Below are positions 23,682 through 33,551 of a stretch of 64,000 nucleotides of DNA, in pieces. Position 1 is the first letter of the stretch; each line of letters begins with the position of its first letter. Location: positions 186,001 to 250,000 of the forward strand of contig JAIVFI010000015.1 of assembly GCA_025558095.1 (NCBI GenBank). The letters are read 5' to 3'. The position numbers were made by a program, and so were the translations under genes. The notes under the pieces were generated by a model that was not told where the DNA came from, searched no databases, and worked only from the letters and a program-made list of their open reading frames with translations. The stretch is from Hyaloraphidium curvatum SAG 235-1 (lineage: Eukaryota > Fungi > Monoblepharomycota).

Positions 23682-24704
23682 TCACCCTGTCCGCCTACAT
23701 CGCACTTTCCGAAGCGACGTCCAAAACGCGAGCTCACCCGCCGCTTCGGGCTTCCTCCATCTGCCACCGATATACAAAAGAATGGATTTCAGATCGGGAG
23801 ATCGGAGCACCTCGAGCACGTCGGCGTATTCCGGCCCCTCCAGGGTTGGTATCGGGCTGTGAAGCGCGAGCGTCCGCAGACCCGGCGGCACCCCGGCCGC
23901 AAGCAGGGAAGTCTGCAGCCTCTCCACGTCCAGGCGCTCCAGCGCCGTCGATGCCCGGCACAGCGCCGTCCACAGCTCCCGATCGAGGGTGCCGTTCGAG
24001 AGGAGGTTCAGGTAGCGGAGCCGGACCCCGGGCAGGGCGAGGAACGGCCTTAGGTGGTCCCTGGGCACGGTGATTGAGCGCAGCTTGGCCAGCAATGTCG
24101 GGTGGCGCTCAAAGGGGATCCGCCGGGCGTAGGCGCTCCGGAAGTGGAACTCGGCGAGGCCGGGGGCGCCGGACTCCAGGTTGTTCAGCAGCTTAAAGTC
24201 GTCCGGCGTCGCGTCGTAGAGCTTCAGGCCGACGACCTCCACGGATGGGGGGAAGCACGTCGTCTCGTGGAAGAACTTGGCCGTGAGGAGGAGCTCGAGT
24301 TCCATGTGTCTGAGCGCGGGCGACGCCCGCTGGAGCGCGTGCCAGACGGCGGCCGTGAACGCGAGCGAGTTGGAGAAGAAGGAGAGCTGCTCCAAGCTGG
24401 CCACGCATCGTTGCAGCGTCGCGACCGCAGTCGGAAAGTCCTCGACGTGGAGCACGCGGACGTAGCGCAGCTTCCCCGTGTTCAGGTGGTCCTGCAGGAA
24501 GTGTTCCCAGGCCTTTGCCTTTGCCCCGACCATCCGGAGGTTCCGCAGCAGGTGCGGGAGGCCGAGGTGGAAGTACGTCCGGTTTCCGAACATGAGGCGG
24601 AGGAGCGTCCGCTGGCGCCCTCCGGCCCCCAGGATCCTCATTATCGGGACGAGCAGTTCCGGCGGAAGGGCCGGCTGGCCGTCCCCGCCGGGCGCCGTCT
24701 CCAT
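23682..24704 (-). CDS. F-box-like (LPPELL) protein with degenerate LRR-like C-terminal region
   Basis: Intronless 340-aa ORF: N-terminal PALPPELLVPIM followed by repeated LxxLxL-type segments. Confidence 0.6.
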   Translation of the reverse strand: METAPGGDGQPALPPELLVPIMRILGAGGRQRTLLRLMFGNRTYFHLGLPHLLRNLRMVGAKAKAWEHFLQDHLNTGKLRYVRVLHVEDFPTAVATLQRCVASLEQLSFFSNSLAFTAAVWHALQRASPALRHMELELLLTAKFFHETTCFPPSVEVVGLKLYDATPDDFKLLNNLESGAPGLAEFHFRSAYARRIPFERHPTLLAKLRSITVPRDHLRPFLALPGVRLRYLNLLSNGTLDRELWTALCRASTALERLDVERLQTSLLAAGVPPGLRTLALHSPIPTLEGPEYADVLEVLRSPDLKSILLYIGGRWRKPEAAGELAFWTSLRKVRCRRTG

Positions 24705-25498
24705 GGAACGCGTCGCGGGAATGCCCCCTTCCCGCTAATCCGTCCCCCGCTGCTGCGGCGTGGGTCCGAGCACCGATTCCCGAGCAGTCCCGGCCCCAGC
24801 AAACAATACCGTCGCCTCAACGAAGCGCCAAAGGGGCCGAACCTGCCCGGATGCTCGGTTGGGAGAGGGAACAGCCTGGACGGGAACGAGCTCCCCCTCG
24901 TCCATCTGCAGACTCGGCTCGTCCATGACCGGGGGCGCGGGACATAAAAGAAGTGGCTACATGGCATCCGATTCCATTGCTGCCTTTGTTCCTTCTGTTT
25001 TTTTTTGCTGGCTCTTTTGAAGTGCTGCCATAGAAGAGCTAGAAGAGTTGAACAGTGCTGCAACCCGAGGGGACGGTCTCGCCCTTGAAAGTTCATCAAC
25101 GAGCGACATGGCATCCGTGTTTCTAGTCAAGAATGTACGGGAAGGTGCTCTAGTCGTCGCCTGGGAGGCTCTGCCGAACGTTTTGGAAGTCTGTCAGTCG
25201 TCACAGTTCGCGGCTTTCGACCTCCGACTTCCGACGCATGTCTCGAGCCGTGCGTGCATCCGGCCGCGAAAAAATGTGGAAGCTGAACCATAACTCGGAA
25301 GCCCAATTCGATTCGTATGCAGCACGGGCGTTTTCCAGGGGCATCGCGCTGTGTCCTTCTTTCCTTCTGGGGAAGACACCTGGAGTCAACAGGACAGGGT
25401 CCCGCGTCCATCAGGGACCTGCCGACCACCAATCGCCCTCGCTCGAGGCCACCGCCCCAAGAACGCGCGCCCGTCCCGCTCCTCAAGATCCACAAGCC

Positions 25499-26606
25499 AT
25501 GACGCGCCGCGGCCTCGCGGCGCTCGCCGTCGCCCTCGCCGTCCTCGTCCTGAGCGCCACCTGTGCGGTCTCCGCCGCGCCGGCCGTCTCCGTCAACGGC
25601 GTCCCCGACGACGCAAGCTCGAGCGCCGACGGCACCAAGCACGATCTCGACAAGCGCCAGTGGACCGGCTTCGGCGGCGTGCAGCGCTGCATCCAGAGCT
25701 GCTCCGACGGCGGCTCCTACTTCATCGGCATGATGAACCCGAGCACGTCCGCCGTCTACTGCGCCGGCTCGCAGGGCGCGTGCGCGTGGTATTCCGACGC
25801 GAGCTGCTCGGTCCCGAAGCCGCTCTCCGTGAGCCCGTACGGAGACCCCGTGCCCTGCCCCAGTGCGTGGCGCCTGCCCGGCAATCATCCGCCCGATCTC
25901 ACCGCGACGATCCCGCAGTGTACCCATCCGGAGGCTGGTGCAAGGCCGCCGTCGACGTCCTGCGCAACGGCGCCCCGCTCCCGTCCTGCGGCGGCGGCGG
26001 CGGAGGGGGCGGCGGCGCCTGCTCCGCCAACTGCCCCTGCACGCCCGTCAGCTACCCGCACCTGGGGGTCGACATGGCGCCCTACTACTCGTGCGTCGCG
26101 CCCACCAACGGACCGAGCTACCCCGGCGGGCCGTGGTTCTGCCTGCAGGATGCGTCGGGGAAGGACTCGTGGGTGCCCGTGAAGAAGACCGGGGTGGGTC
26201 GTCCGCGCTGCGTTCTGCTCTCCGGTTGCTTATCGTCCGCTGACCCCGTGCGTTTGCCGTGCAGGCCGGCCAGATCGGTTGCATGAGCACCAACTCCTGG
26301 GACTGTGGGACGGCTCCTACGACGGCATTTCATCCTCCTGACTACCGTTTTCCGCGCGACAGGCATCTGGACCCCGCGCGACTGCTGCCTCAGGCTCGCG
26401 GCCACCGGCACCGACCGCTCCCCGTACTTCGAGGTCGGTCTCGGCGAACTCGGTTCCGATGCCGCATGCTAATCTCTCGCGTGCAGTGTGGTCCTCTTCA
26501 TTACCAGCTGTGGAAAACTTCGGGCTACTCGGACGCCTCGCACTGGTGCTACAGGGGCTGGCAGCTCGTCAACCCGGGCGTGCCGGTTCCCAACCTCGGG
26601 TGCTAG
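25499..26606 (+). CDS. Secreted Cys/Trp-rich two-module protein (signal peptide, KR cleavage site, poly-Gly linker)
   Basis: MTRRGLAALAVALAVLVLSATCAVSA...DKR/QW. Four GT-AG introns (first 25863-25918) give a continuous frame ending ...CMSTNSWDCIWTPRDCCLRLAATGTDRSPYFECGPLHYQLWKTSGYSDASHWCYRG...NLGC*. Confidence 0.8.
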
Positions 26607-27511
26607 TCGGCTCGCCGCAAACCAAGCCAAGCATTTCGCATTCAACTGTCAACGACGTAGTCTTTGCCTCTTCCTTCTTCTTTCTTCTTTGTCCAAGAAC
26701 TTCTGGCCTTTGTCGCAACTAAAGCTTATGTGTTTAGTCTTTGGGGAGACGTCGCTTTCCGGCCCGCCGGGTCTTGTACTGTCCTTCAAATCAACGGGGT
26801 TTCGCTTTCGTCTAACCGCGAACGTCTTCGTCGTCCTCGCGGGCGCCGGCGGCGGCGCGATGGCTGCGGACCGGGCCGGTGTGGCCGGGCGGAATAAGCG
26901 GGGGCCGGGCATCCTTCTATCCGGTCCCAACTCAACGAATCACCGATACTGCTCGTCCCGCCGTTCCAAGATGGAATCCAGGGAGGTGGTGCGTGCGGCC
27001 TCGGAGCCGAGTGCGGCGCCGGAGGGGAGGTTCCGAGGAAGGACCGATGGTCCCCCGGGGCGGGCGGTGCTGGATCCCAGTGTCCCCAGATTGCCGAATC
27101 GGTCAAACCCTCCCAGGCCCCGCCGGTCCCCTCGAAATCCGGCAATCGAAGCCGGGCGGTTGAAGAGGTGCCAGTCGCGGCGGAAAGCGGACGGACGGGC
27201 CGTGCGGAGGCACGGCGGGATTTTCGCAGGGCGCGGGGGGGATCTTTCGCCTGCTGGGGGACCGGCACCGACCGAAACCGGGCCTCGCCGGGGCCGCCGG
27301 AATTACAGGCCTTGGAACAAGCACCTGAAAGACACCGGCGCCGGCATCGCGTGCCTGCCAATCTAGGTTTGTGCCGTCCCCGTTTTGGGATGCGCGCCTG
27401 ACGACCGACCCAGTTCACCCTCCTCGAGGACCCACGGACAGCATCGGCGGGCGCATCGCGGGTCGGGCGCCTCCAGCCGTTGCCGCCGCGAGCGGCCGAC
27501 GCCGGGGGCCG

Positions 27512-30500
27512 ATGGCGGCCGCGATGGAGCCGCCGGGGCCGGCAAGACGGCGCATCTTCGCGGCGCCCGCGGGGATCGGCCCGTCGGGGTCGGGGAGCGG
27601 GACGGGCGCGCCGCCGTCGCCGGTCATCGTGGTGCCGCCGGCAAACGCGCTGGGCGCGCGGGCGAGGCGGCGGAGGCCGGCCGACGAGGACGACGACGAC
27701 ATCACCGATGAGGAGCCGATCCGCACGGCCGGCAGCCGGGGCGCAAGTAGGGCCGCCTCGCCGGAGATGCTGCCGACGCCGCCCGCCACGCCGGGCAGCG
27801 GGGCCGCCGCGGGGGGGCTGTCGCGGGGGCGGCCGGCAGCCTCCCCAGCCCCGGGCGCCACGCCGTCGGTGCCACGGGGGCCCGCCGCGGCTGCGCCCAC
27901 CGACACCGCCACGGCAAAGGGGCTGCTGCCGCGCGTGCTCTCGCTGGCCGCGTCGCCGCACGGCCTGCCCGGCCTGCAGGCGCTGCTCCAGACCGTGTCG
28001 GGCGCCTCGCTCTTCACCCTCAGGAACAACGCGCTGTTCGCCGCCGCCGGCTCGGACCGCGTGGCCACGCTGCGCTTCCTGCTGCGCGACGGCGCCCAGC
28101 TCGACTACCTCGAGCCGTCGAAACACCGCACCGCGCTGCACGAGGCCTGCTCCCGCGGCGCCGCCCGCGCAGCCAGCGTGCTGCTCAAGGCCGACCGCGG
28201 CCGCATCAGGAAACCCCGCCGCCCCGCAGCAAATCCCGCCGCCGCCGCCGCCGCCACCCCCGTGCGCCGCCGCGGCGCGTGGCTCGCCGCCTCCTCGGCC
28301 CCGCCGGACGCCTCCCCTCCCCCCGTCGCACCGCCGCCTGCCTTCCCCGCCATCGACCCCTCCGTCCCCGACGACGACGACGAGCTCTCGGACGCGGCGG
28401 GCTACGAGGAGCACGACTTCCGCCCCACCCGCTCCTCCCGCGCCGGCCGCGCCGGCGCGCGGCACCGCACCCTCGCCGAGCTGCGCGACGACAGGGGCGA
28501 CACCCCCGCGCACGTCCTCCTCCGCGACGCGCTCGCGCACCGCTCGCCCGGCGCCTCGTCGTCCTCGCGGGTGCCCGCGGCGGCGGACACGCACGCGCGG
28601 GACTACGTCCGCTGCCTGCGGTACCTGTGCCGCGAGCCGGAAAAGGCGTGGCTGGCGCTGCGGAACGACGAGGGGGACACGCCGCTGCACGTCGCGGCGA
28701 GGGTGGGGGGGGCGGTGTTTGTGGACATGCTGGTCAGGGCCGGGGCAGAGTGGCTGGGGATGGACGAGGGGAGGGGGACCGACAGGGCCGTCGGGGCCTC
28801 CCATCACGATGAGGGAAGTGCCGTTGGGAAGGTCAAAGCGGGCGAGGAGAAGGGAGAGGCGGCGGGAAGCTCTGCGAAGTACGCCGTCCCCGGCTCTACC
28901 CCCGATCAACGTCTGATCCCCACCCCCTCTAGCCACCTCGACCTCCCCCCCTCCCTCGCCCACACCCTCGAATCCATCCTCTCCCGCCCCACCCCCCGCC
29001 CCGACGCCACCCCCCCCTGGCTAGTCGCCAACAACCGCGGCCGCCTCCCCATCCACTCTGCCCTCTCGGTCCCCGACCCTCCCCCCGCCCCCGCGCTCGC
29101 CACCTCCGCGGGGCCCGTGGCCACGCACCACCAATCCTACATCCACCGCCCCCTGCCCATCACCCTCCTCCGCCTGCTGCTGTCGCGCCACCCCGCGGAG
29201 CAGCTCGCCAGCGCCGTCGCCCCAACCTCGGGCTCCCCTGCCGCCCAGCGCGCGGCCAACCCCGCCACCCAGCCCCTCGGCCTCGCGTGCGCGAGGATCA
29301 GGGCGGACGGGTACTGGGACGAGAACTCGGTCGCGTGCGTGCGGCTCTTCCTCTCCCTCGGCGCGCGCATCCGCGATCCCGTCGGGCTGATGGTCTGCCG
29401 CGAGCTGCTGGACCTCGAGTGGGCCGATCCCCTCGCCAAGGAGCAGGTGGGGGAGGCGGTGAGGGAGCACGGGGAGTGGAAGCTCGCGGTGCGGGCGGAG
29501 CGGCGGCTCGCCGCGAGGGAGAGGGATGCCGAAGGGGGGCCGAGGAGGAAGGCGAGCGGGCTCGCGTTGGGGAGCGCCGAGGGGGAGGGGGGGAAGCATG
29601 GGGTGCTGAGGCGGAAGGCGAGCAACCTTGCGGTGGGGGGGCTGCCGTATGCGAGGAGGCGGGGGAGGGGGGAGGACGGGGAGGACAGTGCCGGGGCGGC
29701 GGGACCGTCCGCGGCGGCGGTGGAGGAAGGAAAGGGCGGGTGGGGGGACGCGGAGGGGAAGGAGGTTGCCCCCGGGATGGAGATCCTGGGGACGGGCGAG
29801 TTTGCGGCGGAGGGGGGCAGGCCCGCGGACGGGGCGGCGCGGGCGCGGGCCGGTGGGGCGGACGGCGGGGAGGCGGCGGCGCATATCGCCGTCGTCGCCG
29901 CCGGGCCGGATGCTCGGGAGGCTGCTGGGGAGGCCGCGGAGCGTTCGGCGGGGGATGCTTCGGGCGCGGTCGCGGGCGATCGCGCTCGGGATGCCGAGAT
30001 CAAGGTCGAGCAGGCCGTTCCCTGCTTGGAAGAGATAAAGGGAGCAGATGGAGAACCTGCGAGGTGGGCAGCTCGGTTCGTTCAGCTGGATGACCGAACA
30101 GCCATTGACGACTGCCCACTACTTGACAGCCTGGTCGGCCAGGAATCGGTGCTCCAGGTGGTGACCGGCGGAGCCCCGACGGCCGGCACCGTCGGGGTTG
30201 GTATTGCTGCAAGGGGACCCGACGACGCGGGGACCGTCCAGGAGGCGGCCGCCGAGCAAGTGATGGCGCCGACCCCGCCCAATACCCCCGACGCCGTGCC
30301 GCGCACCCCGTTGCGCTCGCCGGCGTCGCCGAACGGCTCGCCGACCTCGTACTTCCCCGCCGTTGGCGACGTGCCGGGCACGAACGGGCCCGCCACGCTC
30401 GACATCGCCGCCGCGGGGCCGAGGCCGAGGCGCACGCCGTCAACCTCGGCGTCGATCGCCTCCGACAATTCCGAGGCGATCAAGCGGCGCAAGGTGCCCC

Positions 30501-30844
30501 CGCAAAAGGCCGAGTCGCCCCGTGCCGAGGCCCCCGCACCCCTCCCGCTGCCCGTCCCGGCGGCGGTCCAGGCTGCGACCGTCGGCACCGTATCCACCCC
30601 CGCCGAGGCGTTCGCCGCCGCCCCCATGACCCTCTCCGAGGCGCTCGCCGCGACCGCGAGGATGGCACCGGCGCCGGCCGCCCCCGCCCCCTTGCGGTCC
30701 GGCACGGGCGGGAGCTCCATCGCGGGCTCCTTCAAGAAGATGTTCTCCAAGGACAGGGACGGGGCCGCGCAGGCGCAGCCCCTTTCGCCGGGCAAGGTGC
30801 AGAACCTGATCAAGAAGTTTGGAGGGGCCCAAGCGGCCTCGTGA
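27512..30844 (+). CDS. Ankyrin-repeat protein with long low-complexity regions
   Basis: Ankyrin signatures HRTALHEAC, GDTPAHV, NDEGDTPLHVAAR, NNRGRLPIH in a long open frame. First ATG at 27512. Confidence 0.75.
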   Translation: MAAAMEPPGPARRRIFAAPAGIGPSGSGSGTGAPPSPVIVVPPANALGARARRRRPADEDDDDITDEEPIRTAGSRGASRAASPEMLPTPPATPGSGAAAGGLSRGRPAASPAPGATPSVPRGPAAAAPTDTATAKGLLPRVLSLAASPHGLPGLQALLQTVSGASLFTLRNNALFAAAGSDRVATLRFLLRDGAQLDYLEPSKHRTALHEACSRGAARAASVLLKADRGRIRKPRRPAANPAAAAAATPVRRRGAWLAASSAPPDASPPPVAPPPAFPAIDPSVPDDDDELSDAAGYEEHDFRPTRSSRAGRAGARHRTLAELRDDRGDTPAHVLLRDALAHRSPGASSSSRVPAAADTHARDYVRCLRYLCREPEKAWLALRNDEGDTPLHVAARVGGAVFVDMLVRAGAEWLGMDEGRGTDRAVGASHHDEGSAVGKVKAGEEKGEAAGSSAKYAVPGSTPDQRLIPTPSSHLDLPPSLAHTLESILSRPTPRPDATPPWLVANNRGRLPIHSALSVPDPPPAPALATSAGPVATHHQSYIHRPLPITLLRLLLSRHPAEQLASAVAPTSGSPAAQRAANPATQPLGLACARIRADGYWDENSVACVRLFLSLGARIRDPVGLMVCRELLDLEWADPLAKEQVGEAVREHGEWKLAVRAERRLAARERDAEGGPRRKASGLALGSAEGEGGKHGVLRRKASNLAVGGLPYARRRGRGEDGEDSAGAAGPSAAAVEEGKGGWGDAEGKEVAPGMEILGTGEFAAEGGRPADGAARARAGGADGGEAAAHIAVVAAGPDAREAAGEAAERSAGDASGAVAGDRARDAEIKVEQAVPCLEEIKGADGEPARWAARFVQLDDRTAIDDCPLLDSLVGQESVLQVVTGGAPTAGTVGVGIAARGPDDAGTVQEAAAEQVMAPTPPNTPDAVPRTPLRSPASPNGSPTSYFPAVGDVPGTNGPATLDIAAAGPRPRRTPSTSASIASDNSEAIKRRKVPPQKAESPRAEAPAPLPLPVPAAVQAATVGTVSTPAEAFAAAPMTLSEALAATARMAPAPAAPAPLRSGTGGSSIAGSFKKMFSKDRDGAAQAQPLSPGKVQNLIKKFGGAQAAS

Positions 30845-31018
30845 CGAGTCTGCAGAGCGGGGATCGGGGGCGTAGTGGGTGCTTAGTAGCTATGGGGAGC
30901 GGTGGGATCGGGCGCTGCTGTCTTCTGGCTGTTTTTGGCCATACCTCTCCTTATAGATCGGCTCTATTGCAATCGTTGGCGGAGCCCAACACGACGCCCG
31001 CAGCTGGGTCGATCCCGG

Positions 31019-31876
31019 CTACAGCCTGGCTTTCAGGGGCACCTCCCCCTCCAGCACCGCCCTCAGCTCCGCGGCCGTCGGCAGCGTTCCCCTGGATTCA
31101 GCCGTGGGCCGCGCGGGGACGAGGAGCCTCGCGATTGCCGCGCGGGCCGCGCTCTCCGCGTCCTGCCCCCCGGTATCCCCAATTGCAGGCCCCGCCTCGC
31201 TGCCCGCAACCGCCGCGGCCACCCTCGCCGCCATGTTCAGGAAATCCGCCACGTCCGCCGCCCCCACCTTCTCCCCGGCCTCCACGATCCTCCCCTCCCC
31301 CAGATCAGCGAGTCGCGCCTCCTCCACCTCCCCGTCGAGGCGGCCAACGAGCAGCACGTTCCTCGCATGTACGTCCCCGTGCTCCGCCCGCCGCGAATGG
31401 AGGTGCTCCAGCGCCTCCAGCACCGCGGCGAGCCAGTCCCTCGCGTCGGCCCACCGCACGTCCGGCAGCGCGTCGTTCAACGTCCGCACGCGCTCGCCGA
31501 GCCATTCCATGCCAAGAAAATAGAACCTTGGGTCCTCCCACTGCGCTCCGGGGAGGTAGCGCCGCAGCCGTTTCGCGCCGGGGCCCGAGGCGGGGTCCGA
31601 CAGGACTGGCGCGTAGTCCATTTCGAAGCTCTGTCCGCCGTCCACCGCGTCCCTCGGCAGCACCTTGACCGCCATCCTCTCCCACTTGTCCTCCGAGGAT
31701 GGCAGCCGGACGGCTTCAAAGAGGTCCCCGAAAGTGCCCGCACCGAGGAACCGGCCGACGCGGTAGTTCGCCGCGAGCGCGGGGGGCAGCGGGTGCGCGC
31801 CGGTGCGGAGGCGCTGCAGGGCGAGCGCGGCGGAGTCGTGGCCGAAGGACGCGAGGCGCCGGAGTGGGAGGCGCAT
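31019..31876 (-). CDS. Intronless protein kinase-like protein
   Basis: Gly loop LGAGTFG, MAVKVL, catalytic loop HGDVHARNVL, ADLGEG (DFG equivalent). C-lobe appears short. Ends LKARL*. Confidence 0.75.
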   Translation of the reverse strand: MRLPLRRLASFGHDSAALALQRLRTGAHPLPPALAANYRVGRFLGAGTFGDLFEAVRLPSSEDKWERMAVKVLPRDAVDGGQSFEMDYAPVLSDPASGPGAKRLRRYLPGAQWEDPRFYFLGMEWLGERVRTLNDALPDVRWADARDWLAAVLEALEHLHSRRAEHGDVHARNVLLVGRLDGEVEEARLADLGEGRIVEAGEKVGAADVADFLNMAARVAAAVAGSEAGPAIGDTGGQDAESAARAAIARLLVPARPTAESRGTLPTAAELRAVLEGEVPLKARL

Positions 31877-32212
31877 CACGGGGGGGGCGGGAGAGGGGTA
31901 GGAACGCCCGTGATGCCCGGCGCCTCCGAGCGCAGACTCCGACCGGCTCGCGAATGGAAGGTATCAGTGCATAGGAAGCGCACCGGAACGCGGCTGACAA
32001 TGCATCTATTGGCCCGATGCAAGTTCCCGGCGGGATTCGGCGCGATTCGCCACTCCTGTAGGGACGTCGCTGACGTGCTGAGGCGCGATCGTCCACAGCC
32101 GGAAGGACCCCCGGGAAGCAAACGCCCCAGCAGACATCAGCAATCCCGCTATAAGAACACGGTACGCACAGCCGGTCCTCCATCAACCAGAACAAGTATT
32201 CAACGAACAGCA

Positions 32213-33189
32213 ATGGCACGCACCGCCCTCTTCGTCCTCCTCCTCGCGCTCGTCGCCACCATGGCCTCCGCCGCGCCGCTCCACCGCCGCCAGGTCGACG
32301 GCCAGGGCCCGCCCGGCAACGGCACTCGCCCCGACTTTGGCGGCAACCGCCCCGACGGCGGCAACGGCACGCGCCCCGACGGCCCTTGCGGCTCGCCCTT
32401 CACCGCCCCCGTGCCCCGGTTCCTCTCCACCGTCTCCGCCGGCTGCGTGTCCGCCGCCAACTCCACCTCGGCCGTCGACGCCGCATGCAAGCCCGCCGAC
32501 AACAACACCACCGACCCGGCGCAGGCGAGGGACGCCTCCTGCTCCGACGCCTGCTCGAGCGCCGTGGACGCGTATTGGACCGCCGTCGAGGCCGCTTGCG
32601 GCACCGAGGTGCGTCCCTTTGCATCCATGTCTTAGCATCCACCTGATTGGCTTCCCTTGCAGGTCCTCGTCACCGTGACCCCCCGCAACGACACCCAGCC
32701 CGCCTTCAACCTCACCGCCTCGGAGCTCGCCGACGAAGCCCACCTCGAGCTCACCCTCGGATGCACCAAGGACCTCTCCGGCGCTTACTGCCCGCAAGGC
32801 CGCGGTGGCCCCGGCGGGCGCGGCGGCCGCGGCCCGCGCATGTTCCGCAGGCAGCGCGGCGGGCCCGGCGGGCGCGGACCTGGAGGCGACGGGCAGGCTC
32901 CCCCGGCTTTCAATGCGACCGTGTGCGCCGAGGTACGCCCTTTCTCGTCTTCTTTCTGCGATCGGCACGCTGATCGGCCCATTTCGCGCAGTGCTCCGCC
33001 GCCGCCCTAATTGCGATCGCGCCCCTCGAGGCCGCCAACCCCTCGCAGACCTTCTTCGGCCGCGCCTTCGGCGGCGCCTCGAGTTGGGCCGAGGTCAAGA
33101 CCGAGATCTCGGGGCGGTGCGCCGAGATCGCGGACAAAATTGCCAGCGCGACGGCGAGGCCGGCGCCGGAGGCAACCCAGGCGGCTTAG
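32213..33189 (+). CDS. Secreted Cys-rich protein with Gly/Arg-rich loop, paralog B
   Basis: MARTALFVLLLALVATMASAAPL...; long stretches identical to the reverse complement of 22404-23413; same two intron positions. Confidence 0.85.
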
Positions 33190-33551
33190 AGGCGAATCTA
33201 CGAGCGCACAAAGCGCAATTCTTGTACAGAGCATTCCCGGCATTCCCATTACATTCGTGTGGCGTGTAATCCATCTGCTTGGTGCCTTTCGACGCGTCCT
33301 GGTGCTGAACTGGAGGATCCAACCGATACCAACTGGCAATCCGGCGACATGCATGTGAGAGAAGGGATACAGCTATGGATGCGGCATCTCGGCTGTTTCG
33401 ACGCCCAGGTGTAATGGGATGACGAGGTTTGAGTGGGTGAGCTAGGGGGTTGGCTAGGGACACCGCCGCTGTCCCAAGGAACACTCCGAGTCCTTCCGGA
33501 CCGCAATCTGAACGAGAGCGCAGCGGAGCACGTCCAGTCGTCCGGGACCAC

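Noticed and set aside
22404-33189. Inverted ~1 kb repeats flanking 9 kb as terminal inverted repeats of a transposon or Starship-like element
   Set aside because: The repeats are paralogous intron-containing genes; no transposase, recombinase or target-site duplication is seen.
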